A stretch of DNA of 13,256 nucleotides from Phycisphaerae bacterium (GTDB lineage: Bacteria; Planctomycetota; Phycisphaerae; Sedimentisphaerales; Anaerobacaceae): assembly GCA_003553245.1 (NCBI GenBank), contig PWDX01000205.1, forward strand, positions 1 to 13,256. Direction: 5' to 3'. The notes beneath the pieces are model-generated. The model saw nothing but the letters and a program-made list of their open reading frames with translations, made no database searches and was not told where the DNA came from. The position numbers and the translations under genes are program-made. The stretch's first letter is position 1; the number at the start of each line of letters is the position of its first letter. This document shows, piece by piece, positions 1 to 7,254 of this stretch.

Positions 1-399
1 ATGCCCGATATTCTTGCCGACGGTTCGGCTCTTGGTTTTATCGCGGACCAGGACGCGGGCAGGAAAGGGATTTTTGTGGACTTTTTCGGAAGAAAGGCCA
101 GTACCTATAAGAGTATCGGGCTACTTGCTCTTACAAATGATCTGCCGATAGCAGTCGGGTACGCAAGGCGGATCGGCAAGCAGTTCAGATTTGAAATAGC
201 GTGCAATCGGCTTATTATGCCTGAAGAGTGGCGTGATAAAGAAGATGCTTTGCAGTGGGTAAGCCAGGAATACAGCAATGCCATTGAGGAGTTTATCCGC
301 GAGGACCCGAGCCAGTACTGGTGGGTTCACCGCCGCTGGAAAACTCGTCCGAAAGAAGAACAAAAGCTTTTGAAAGCTGGGAAAAAGGCTATATCCTGA
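1..399 (+). CDS. Lipid A biosynthesis acyltransferase of the LpxL/HtrB/LpxM lysophospholipid-acyltransferase family, C-terminal fragment. The gene begins upstream of the window, so the M at position 1 is probably not the true start.
   Basis: The C-terminal motif DPSQYWWVHRRWKTRP matches the conserved LpxL/HtrB tail (PxQYLWxHRRFKTRP in the E. coli enzyme). The upstream stretch DQDAGRKGIFVDFFGRKASTYKSIGLLA fits the DQDxGxxGxFVxFFG region of this family. The reading frame is open from base 1 and ends at TGA 397..399. Confidence 0.75.
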   Translation: MPDILADGSALGFIADQDAGRKGIFVDFFGRKASTYKSIGLLALTNDLPIAVGYARRIGKQFRFEIACNRLIMPEEWRDKEDALQWVSQEYSNAIEEFIREDPSQYWWVHRRWKTRPKEEQKLLKAGKKAIS

Positions 400-1336
400 T
401 ACTATCGTAGATCTGCCTAAGGGCCTGCGCGGAGTTTTTGAGAGCTTTTAGCTCGTCATCGGGCAGTTTGGGAGCGATCAGGCGTTCTATACCATCCTGG
501 CCAAGTACGCAGGGTATGCTAAGGCATATATCAGTCAGGCCGTATTCACCTTCGAGCATTGAGGAGACGGTAAGCACGCTATGCTCGTTTCGCAAAATCG
601 CGCCAGTAATACGGACAAGTGACATTCCTATACCGAAAAAAGTAGAGCCTTTATAATCTATAATATGATAAGCAGAGTCCCGGACTCTTTCGAAAATATC
701 TTTATAGGCGACTTTAGGATCGCATTGGCGGCATATTTTACAATACTCCCGTATAGGCACTCCGGCGACATGTGTCAAAGACCAGGCGGCCAGTTCGGAA
801 TCACCGTGTTCGCCAAGGATATAGGCGTGTATATTGTGAACATCTACGCCGCAGTGACGGCTGAGCATAAAGCGAAAACGCGCGCTATCAAGTACCGTTC
901 CAGAACCAATTACTCTGTCGCGCGGCCATTGCAGGTGCTTGAGAGCAACCTGAGTGAGTGCGTCAACAGGGTTTGTAACCATAATCATTGTGGCCTGGGA
1001 TCCGGTATCACGGATTTCCATGCATATTGATTTTACGATGTCGGCATTTTTCTGGACAAGCTCACGACGGGACTGGCCGGGTGACTGCTTGGCTCCGGCG
1101 GTAACGACTATAATACTTGCATCGGCACATTCGGAGTATTCTCCGCCTCGGACGACTACGGGCGGAATGTATGGCAGGCCGTGTGACAAGTCCATTATTT
1201 CGCCTTCGACGCGTTTTTTGTCTATGTCGATTAGCACAACCTCGTCGGCGATTCCGGTCTGGAGTAAGGCGTAGATATATGTTGTTCCGACCGAACCTGC
1301 TCCAATGACAATAACTTTTCTTGGTTTTCGTGCCAT
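389..1336 (-). CDS. ldh: L-lactate dehydrogenase, NAD-dependent, LDH/MDH superfamily.
   Basis: It has the N-terminal Rossmann motif VIVIGAGSVGTT and the L-LDH active-site signature AYILGEHGDSE. The substrate loop AGAKQSPGQSRRELV carries Gln at the position equivalent to Q102 (MDH has Arg there), alongside the catalytic Arg. The sequence aligns well by eye to Bacillus LDH (VIGSGTVLDSARFRFML). A strong SD, GGGAGGG, sits at 1341..1347. Confidence 0.85.
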   Translation of the reverse strand: MARKPRKVIVIGAGSVGTTYIYALLQTGIADEVVLIDIDKKRVEGEIMDLSHGLPYIPPVVVRGGEYSECADASIIVVTAGAKQSPGQSRRELVQKNADIVKSICMEIRDTGSQATMIMVTNPVDALTQVALKHLQWPRDRVIGSGTVLDSARFRFMLSRHCGVDVHNIHAYILGEHGDSELAAWSLTHVAGVPIREYCKICRQCDPKVAYKDIFERVRDSAYHIIDYKGSTFFGIGMSLVRITGAILRNEHSVLTVSSMLEGEYGLTDICLSIPCVLGQDGIERLIAPKLPDDELKALKNSAQALRQIYDSIRI

Positions 1337-1340
1337 TTTT

Positions 1341-1347
1341 CCCTCCC
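1341..1347 (-). promoter_or_regulatory. Shine-Dalgarno sequence (GGGAGGG) for ldh, within the 17-nt ruvX-ldh spacer.
   Basis: The - strand reads TAA CCACAAGGGAGGGAAAA ATG. Confidence 0.6.
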
Positions 1348-1353
1348 TTGTGG

Positions 1354-1767
1354 TTATGGCTGGTTCTGTTTGTTTTCGATAAACGCCTCAAGTATGGTAG
1401 CGGCAGCTACGGCATCAAGACGCTTTTTCTTTTTTTTGCCGGTTAGCTCGGCAGGAGTTAATTTATGGTCGGCGGCAAAGCTTGTCAAGCGTTCGTCCTG
1501 GAAATATATCGGTAAATCGATGAGACCTTTAAGCTCTTCGGTGAATTGGCGGACAATCTTTGCCTGCGGCCCCTCTGTGCCGTCCATATTAAGCGGCAGG
1601 CCGACGACCAGCGCCTCGACCTGCTCTAAACGGGCGGTATGAGTGATTCTTTCTACGGCTCTGGAATCACATTCAATAATCGAGTGCGGTGAGACGATTG
1701 TTTCGTCACGGTCGCAAATCGCCAGGCCTATTCGCTTCGTGCCGTAATCTATGGCGAGATATTTCAT
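1354..1767 (-). CDS. ruvX: Putative pre-16S rRNA nuclease / Holliday-junction resolvase-like protein RuvX (YqgF).
   Basis: The protein is 137 aa. It shows the family motifs LAIDYGTKRIGLAICD, GLPLNMDG and DERLTSFAA, and the C-terminal DAVAAATILEAF. Its start lies 4 nt after the pgi stop (TAACCCGATG), indicating translational coupling. Confidence 0.85.
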   Translation of the reverse strand: MKYLAIDYGTKRIGLAICDRDETIVSPHSIIECDSRAVERITHTARLEQVEALVVGLPLNMDGTEGPQAKIVRQFTEELKGLIDLPIYFQDERLTSFAADHKLTPAELTGKKKKKRLDAVAAATILEAFIENKQNQP

Positions 1768-1771
1768 CGGG

Positions 1772-3181
1772 TTAGACGAGGTAATCCTTGTCCGGTTTTA
1801 TGAACGGCTGGATGTTCTGCGCCATTTCCTCGAAGCCGGGTCTGTCCATAAGGGCAAATGTTGCTTCTTTGCCAAGCTCTACGGCGGGCTGGTCGTAGGG
1901 ATTAATGTTAAACAGCTTGCCGGTAAGAGATGTGGCCGCTTCGTACATATATATAAACTGTCCGAGAGCGTAAGGCTCGACTTTTTCGAACAGGACGGTC
2001 ATGCAGGGCCTTTTGTCCTGAATCAGGGCGTACTCGGTTGCGACTTTTTCGCTGTTGAGCAGTTGTGCCATAGTTTTTCCTGACAGATAGCCGAGTTCTT
2101 TTGCCGATTGCGGCGGCTGACCTATGGGTATGTCGTGCTTGAAATTTTTGACCTGTAAAAACATAAAGATTTTATCGTTGGGGCCTTCTCGATAAAGCTG
2201 AACCTGGCTATGCTGATCTGTTGTGCCGAGTGCTTTTATAGGGGTGGGGCCTATGTGGACTTCGCTGCCCTGGAGATCGTAAGTTTTGCCGAGGCTTTCG
2301 GCCCATAGCTGTCGATACCAGTCGGCGAAATTATAGAGGCCGTTACTGTATGGCATCATAACGGAATATCGTTTACCCTGCTGGTAGTAGTGGTAGTTTA
2401 TCGCAGCAATGATTGCCGCGGGATTTTCGTAGAAGTCTTCGCTGCTTATTCGGGCGTCCATTTGTCTTGCGCCTTCGAGCAGTTGGTCAATCTCTATGCC
2501 GCAGACGGCAGCGCTGAAAAGCCCTACATCGCTAAGCACGGAGAAGCGTCCGCCTACTCCATCGGGCACTTCAAGCGTGGCCAGTCCTTCGGCGGATGCT
2601 ATATTTCGCAATGTTCCTTTATTACGGTCGGTTGTGGCAATGACCTGTTTTTTGTAGGCCGGTTCACCAAGTCTGTCGAGCAGTAATTGGCGGATGATTA
2701 AGAACTGGGCGGCGGTTTCAGCGGTTCTGCCGGATTTGCTGACGACATTGAAAATTGTATTTTCGAGGCGGTCGTCGAGCCAATCGAGAAATGAGCCAAA
2801 CTGATCGGGATCGACATTATCGAAAACAAACAGCCGGGGACCTTTTCGCTGTTTGTCGTCGAGATTGTACATATAGGAATTCAGAGCAGACTGTAAGGCG
2901 ATATTGCCAAGAGCCGAGCCGCCTATGCCCAGCACAACAAGGTTTTCACATTTGTCGCGTATATTAGCTGCAAGCGCTTTTACACGCTTGGGTATTTCTT
3001 TATTGAAAGGCAGATCGCGATACGGCAGTTCGCCGCTGTTTTTTTCTTCATTAAGCTCGAAGATTACCGGCGATGTAAGCTCATCGAGCTGCTTGAACTG
3101 TTGTTTTGTAATACCGTGGTTTTCACCGATGATGTCGGCGCTAACATTTTTGTAGTATAGTCTGATGTCAGATTCAGCCAT
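1772..3181 (-). CDS. pgi: Glucose-6-phosphate isomerase, short bacterial/archaeal-type PGI of about 450-470 aa.
   Basis: Motifs VVLGIGGSALG and SKSGRTAET (the SKSG[ST]TxE PGI signature) are present, with EVPDGVGGRFSVLS and NPYDQPAVELGKE; it aligns by eye with Bacillus Pgi. A strong SD, GGAGG (- strand, 3188..3192), lies 9 nt upstream of the ATG. Confidence 0.85.
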   Translation of the reverse strand: MAESDIRLYYKNVSADIIGENHGITKQQFKQLDELTSPVIFELNEEKNSGELPYRDLPFNKEIPKRVKALAANIRDKCENLVVLGIGGSALGNIALQSALNSYMYNLDDKQRKGPRLFVFDNVDPDQFGSFLDWLDDRLENTIFNVVSKSGRTAETAAQFLIIRQLLLDRLGEPAYKKQVIATTDRNKGTLRNIASAEGLATLEVPDGVGGRFSVLSDVGLFSAAVCGIEIDQLLEGARQMDARISSEDFYENPAAIIAAINYHYYQQGKRYSVMMPYSNGLYNFADWYRQLWAESLGKTYDLQGSEVHIGPTPIKALGTTDQHSQVQLYREGPNDKIFMFLQVKNFKHDIPIGQPPQSAKELGYLSGKTMAQLLNSEKVATEYALIQDKRPCMTVLFEKVEPYALGQFIYMYEAATSLTGKLFNINPYDQPAVELGKEATFALMDRPGFEEMAQNIQPFIKPDKDYLV

Positions 3182-3187
3182 TTTTGT

Positions 3188-3192
3188 CCTCC
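3188..3192 (-). promoter_or_regulatory. Shine-Dalgarno sequence (GGAGG) for pgi.
   Basis: The - strand reads ACTGGAGGACAAAAATG directly upstream of the pgi start codon. Confidence 0.6.
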
Positions 3193-3278
3193 AGTTTCGA
3201 TTTACAATTTTCGCTTTGCAAGTAGTTCAGACTCTTCGACACAGCAAACACCGGCTTGCTGTTTTGCGCGCACCTGAC

Positions 3279-5417
3279 TTACACTTTTGTAAGATTGGCA
3301 TATTTTAGCATAAGCGTCTTTGTCTGTCCTGCCTTAAATTTGACGACGATTACACTATTTTGTCCCATCTCTATAAACTGCTCAACGCGGCCGAGGCCGA
3401 ATTTTTTGTGTTTGACAAGCTGGCCTTTAGTGAACGGAACGACTTCTTCGTCAGGCTCATAGGAAATGTCATCGTCAAAATCATCATAGGAATCTTCCCG
3501 GGACGAAGGTTGTTGGTGGGGAAGCTCCAAGGGGAGTTCATAAAGAAATGGAGAAGGTACTGCGCGGCGGTACTGGCCTCTTACCGTGCGATAGCGGGTA
3601 TAGCTTATGTGCAAATTAGTTTCTGCACGGGTGATACCTACAAAGAACAAACGGCGTTCCTCTTCCAGCTCATCGTCACTTTCGGCGCTTCGTTCATGGG
3701 GTAAAAGCCCGTCTTCTACGCCGATGATAAATACATTTTCAAACTCCAGACCTTTGGCAGCGTGAAGAGTCATCAGCGCCACCCGTTCGGTCGTCGGGTC
3801 GTAGCTGTCGGCATCAGAGAAAAGGGAAATCTGCTGGAGGTAGTCCATAAGTGAAGGCTGTTCGGCGTGGCGTTCATAAACAGCGGCGGCATTTATGAGC
3901 TCGTTTATGTTTTCGGCAGCACTGTTGTCGTCGCTTTCTTTGCCTGAGTTAAAAAACGATTGCAGTCCCGATTCTACAAAAACTTTCTTTATTAGCTGAG
4001 ACACAGAATCGGGGGCAGCTTTTTTGAAGTTTTCTATCATTTTTACAAAAGCCGTTATCCTGCCTTTATGAGCCTGAGATAGTGAGTCTATGGCGTGGAC
4101 TTTTGCAAGTGCCTGGTAAAAAGAAAGGCCGTGGGTAAGAGCATATCGACGGACTTTGTCGATAGTTACTTTGCCGATGCCTCTTGCGGGTGTGTTTATT
4201 ATCCGCAACAGCGCGATTTCATCGGCAGGATTTACGATTATTTTCAGGTAGGCGAGGATGTCACGGATTTCTTTTCGGCTGTAAAATTCGACGCCTCGGA
4301 CTATCTGATACGGCATCTGATTGCGAACGAAACATTCTTCCATCGCCCTGCTCATAGCGTTTACTCGATAGAAAACGGCGATATTACGAGCAGATACGCC
4401 CTGCCGAATCAAATTGTTTATTTTATCAGCAACGCCCTGAGCTTCCTCTTGCTCGTCCTCGAAACAGGCTAATTCGACCTTGCCAGCAGGCGGTCTAACG
4501 GGAATAAGACTTTTAGGTTTTCTGTTTTTGTTAGCGGCAATGAGTTTGTCGGCAACACTGAGGATGTCCGGGGTGCTGCGGAAGTTTTCCTCGAGCTTTA
4601 CTACTGTGGCATCAGGCCAGTCTTTTTCGAAAGCGAGTATGTTTGTTATGTCGGCGCCTCGCCAGCGATATATAGACTGATCAGGGTCACCAGCTACACA
4701 GATATTGCCGTGGTTTGCAACGAGAGATTTTGCGATACAGTACTGGGCGTGATTTGTGTCCTGATATTCATCGACGAGCAGATACATGAAGCGGTCGTTA
4801 AGCTCGTCGCGCACCTGCTGATTGTCACGCAGGAGTAAAGCGGTCTTCATTAACAGATCGTCAAAGTCGAGACTGGCGTTTTCATTAAGCAACTGCTGAT
4901 AGGCCCTGTAAACCTTTGCGACTTTGGCGGCATAAAATCCATCGGACTGTGTTTTGAAAGTTTCAGGATCTATGAGATTATTTTTAAGTGAAGAAACGGC
5001 TGCGAGGAGTTTGCCAGGCGTGAAACTTTTCGAGTCGATGTCAGCTTTTTTTATTGCCTGTTTCATACAGCGTTTCTGATCGGCGGAATCATAGATGCTG
5101 AACTTCGAGTCTATCGCGGCAAATTGGGCGTACTTTCGCAAAATTCTAACGCATAGGGAGTGGAAAGTACTGATGTGAGCCCCGGTAGAAGTTCCCATTT
5201 CGGCGACTCGCTGGTTCATTTGGCCGGCTGCTTTATTGGTAAATGTAATCGCGCAGATTTTGTATGGAGCCACGCCGGAGTTTATGAGATTGGCAATTCG
5301 ATGGGTTATGACACGGGTTTTTCCGCTGCCGGGCCCTGCTAATACGAGCAAAGCTCCGTCTTTATGGTTAACGGCCTTCTCTTGTGAAGGTGTGAGCTGG
5401 GTAGTTGTGTTTTGCAT
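3279..5417 (-). CDS. uvrD: ATP-dependent DNA helicase of the UvrD/PcrA/Rep family (superfamily 1A), with the C-terminal Tudor-like domain.
   Basis: Walker A is LAGPGSGKTRVITHRIANLI, with the DEYQDTN motif and VAGDPDQSIYRWRGA (motif III). The C-terminal FTKGQLVKHKKFGLGRVEQ...VIVVKFKAGQTKTLMLKYANL resembles the PcrA/UvrD C-terminal RNAP-interacting Tudor fold. At 712 aa the length is typical for the family. Confidence 0.85.
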   Translation of the reverse strand: MQNTTTQLTPSQEKAVNHKDGALLVLAGPGSGKTRVITHRIANLINSGVAPYKICAITFTNKAAGQMNQRVAEMGTSTGAHISTFHSLCVRILRKYAQFAAIDSKFSIYDSADQKRCMKQAIKKADIDSKSFTPGKLLAAVSSLKNNLIDPETFKTQSDGFYAAKVAKVYRAYQQLLNENASLDFDDLLMKTALLLRDNQQVRDELNDRFMYLLVDEYQDTNHAQYCIAKSLVANHGNICVAGDPDQSIYRWRGADITNILAFEKDWPDATVVKLEENFRSTPDILSVADKLIAANKNRKPKSLIPVRPPAGKVELACFEDEQEEAQGVADKINNLIRQGVSARNIAVFYRVNAMSRAMEECFVRNQMPYQIVRGVEFYSRKEIRDILAYLKIIVNPADEIALLRIINTPARGIGKVTIDKVRRYALTHGLSFYQALAKVHAIDSLSQAHKGRITAFVKMIENFKKAAPDSVSQLIKKVFVESGLQSFFNSGKESDDNSAAENINELINAAAVYERHAEQPSLMDYLQQISLFSDADSYDPTTERVALMTLHAAKGLEFENVFIIGVEDGLLPHERSAESDDELEEERRLFFVGITRAETNLHISYTRYRTVRGQYRRAVPSPFLYELPLELPHQQPSSREDSYDDFDDDISYEPDEEVVPFTKGQLVKHKKFGLGRVEQFIEMGQNSVIVVKFKAGQTKTLMLKYANLTKV

Positions 5418-5434
5418 TGAAAATCCATTTTCAA
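5417..5434. promoter_or_regulatory. An 8-bp perfect inverted repeat, TTGAAAAT-CC-ATTTTCAA, overlapping the uvrD start codon within the 21-bp spacer between the 593-aa ORF and uvrD.
   Basis: Read directly from the sequence: arms at 5417..5424 and 5427..5434 with a 2-nt spacer. No U-run follows on the - strand, so it is not a canonical intrinsic terminator and could be an operator-like site. Confidence 0.3.
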
Positions 5435-5438
5435 AAAT

Positions 5439-7220
5439 TTAATTTCCTTGCTGCTGCTGTTCCATTTCCTCCTGGAACTGTAGATAAATCTCCTCCTGCT
5501 CCTGAAGACGCTCGAACAGATCCGGTCTTTCCCGTCTTATCCTTGCCATTAAATTCATTCGCAGTTCGTGAGGGAACTGGCCATCACTTAGAAAATCCTG
5601 TAAGGCAAAATACCTTAGCATTTCCATCGGAGCAAGTTCAACCCTGTCTTCACCTTCCCAATCATCAGAGTAGAACTGATGCACCTGTCTGGCGAAATCT
5701 TCTCTCGCTGCGGCCTGGTCATCTTCGCCGACGGCAAATCGGAAATAGCTTTCGCGCAGAAGCCCGTGTATCATTTCGTTCGCATTGGTAATAGTTATAG
5801 ATTCGAGATGTTCCCTCATCCGGTCTCGAACAAAGCGTTCCATTGGTACCTGATGTTCTTCTCGCGGATAAAGCTCACGAACTTTATTGTAAATCTGTCT
5901 TGCCTTGCCTCGATGCCCGGCATGATAGAAAGACTCGACCGCGTTTGTCAGGAAATTACGGTGTCCTATTTGCATAGACTCGTAGGTACCGGGATTGAAA
6001 TCCGCATATTGCTTATATTTTTCAATTAATTCTAATTGCAATCTGTTATAAGCATCGAACATTCGAAGGTCAGGACGAAGATATATGCCGCGTTCAATCA
6101 TCGGCTCTTCTTCTGTGCCAGCCTGTCCTTCGGATACATATATTCGACCATCGCGGAAAAGCAGTTGAAGGCTATGAGCAACCATTCGGTCGATATTTGC
6201 CTCCTGCGTTGAAAAATCTTCGCCACCGCCTCCAGCTTTACGAAGACCTTTTACCGCCCAATATATGGCATGTGCAGCAGGATGTCTCCACTCAAGTGGT
6301 ATGATTTTGTCTGGATTTTCCCAATCGGTAGGGCCGTAATTTTTGTTAAGCTCGTGCATCAGCTCCGGCTCTAATTTCCACTCATTTCTCAGATGGTAAG
6401 CTCTGGCAAATGTATCAAATTGGCTTAGAGTTTGATGGTTCTGATAGCTTTCAAATATATTATAAGCCTCTTCGGAAAAATCCCATGGATTCTGTCGAAA
6501 TGCTATATAGTTTTTTACAAAATTATCCTGCCTTCGAAACGCTTCATCGGCCTGGCCAAGCTTGTTTACCAAATCCTCTGCGCCTGGGATTTTCATGGCT
6601 TCTTCAAGTGTTTTGGGAGCTTTGATTAGTTCTTCGAAGTACTCCGCATCGGCGGGGCCAAGCAAAGGAGCCATAGCATCGGCAAGCTGCAACTTATAAT
6701 ACTTGTGCACATCATCCGTAACCCCTCCCATTTTATGCTGAAATATCCTGGCTAACTCTCTGTAGAGGTCGAGACTTCTGGGGTTCATCTCTATGCCTTT
6801 ATCCCTAAGCAGTTCATAGCCGTTTCTGACCCATCTCCATCGCTGGTGGGGTTCTGTCGCGGGTATTGCAACGGAGATATTATAAGCCATATTCCACGCC
6901 TGAAATTCCCATACAGACGCGAAGCGAGGCTGCAGAATGGTTATCCACTCTGCCAACTGCTTGGCATCGAAAAACTGTCCTTCCTGCTTGAGCCTGTCAG
7001 CACGGATCCATAGAACATTTACAACCAGTCCTCTAAAAGCACCCAGTGCAACAGTAGCGAAAGCCAGTGAGGGCGGCGCATTTTCAAGCGGCTCATTTAC
7101 GACAAGTTCCATTTCCTGTCGAGCATTGTTTATGTAGTCCAACTGCAAGCCTGCTCCTATGAAGAATGCGGCAGCAGTAACAAGGCAGATGAAACTGATT
7201 AATAAATTTCTTCTTCGCAT
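5439..7220 (-). CDS. Uncharacterised membrane-anchored protein of 593 aa. I recognised no known domain.
   Basis: The ORF is long and uninterrupted, co-directional and 34 nt downstream of the ABC-2 permease gene. The N-terminus, MRRRNLLISFICLVTAAAFFIGAGL, looks like a signal anchor or signal peptide, with a second hydrophobic segment at about residues 50-72. The remainder is Trp/Tyr/Arg/Glu-rich with predicted helical character, ending in an acidic Gln-rich tail (EQEEIYLQFQEEMEQQQQGN). Confidence 0.6.
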   Translation of the reverse strand: MRRRNLLISFICLVTAAAFFIGAGLQLDYINNARQEMELVVNEPLENAPPSLAFATVALGAFRGLVVNVLWIRADRLKQEGQFFDAKQLAEWITILQPRFASVWEFQAWNMAYNISVAIPATEPHQRWRWVRNGYELLRDKGIEMNPRSLDLYRELARIFQHKMGGVTDDVHKYYKLQLADAMAPLLGPADAEYFEELIKAPKTLEEAMKIPGAEDLVNKLGQADEAFRRQDNFVKNYIAFRQNPWDFSEEAYNIFESYQNHQTLSQFDTFARAYHLRNEWKLEPELMHELNKNYGPTDWENPDKIIPLEWRHPAAHAIYWAVKGLRKAGGGGEDFSTQEANIDRMVAHSLQLLFRDGRIYVSEGQAGTEEEPMIERGIYLRPDLRMFDAYNRLQLELIEKYKQYADFNPGTYESMQIGHRNFLTNAVESFYHAGHRGKARQIYNKVRELYPREEHQVPMERFVRDRMREHLESITITNANEMIHGLLRESYFRFAVGEDDQAAAREDFARQVHQFYSDDWEGEDRVELAPMEMLRYFALQDFLSDGQFPHELRMNLMARIRRERPDLFERLQEQEEIYLQFQEEMEQQQQGN

Positions 7221-7254
7221 ATTATATTTAGGCCAGTTTCGTAGGCAAAGTTCG

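Noticed and set aside
1-3. The ATG at position 1 as the start codon of the acyltransferase.
   Set aside because: LpxL-family proteins are about 300 aa and the conserved acyltransferase core lies N-terminal to the segment seen here. The frame is open to the window edge, so the gene is truncated by the window and does not start here.
954-1391. ORFs 954..1274 (+), 1062..1391 (-) and 1117..1308 (+) overlapping ldh.
   Set aside because: They fall entirely within the well-supported ldh coding region. Their translations are Arg/Ser-rich with no motifs, as expected for out-of-frame reads.
3241-3265. Hairpin ACAGCAA-(9 nt)-TTGCTGT followed by TTT in the pgi/uvrD spacer, resembling an intrinsic terminator.
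   Set aside because: The T-run follows the stem on the + strand, but both flanking genes are on the - strand, where the stem would be preceded rather than followed by the U-tract. It is only a 7-bp stem with moderate GC, so it is at best a weak or bidirectional element and not a confident terminator for uvrD.
3279-5417. Possibility that the UvrD-like helicase marks a defence island, since Gabija, Hachiman and Nhi-type systems carry SF1 helicases.
   Set aside because: The protein is a full-length canonical UvrD/PcrA with the C-terminal Tudor domain and all housekeeping motifs. No nuclease or ATPase partner gene typical of those systems is adjacent.
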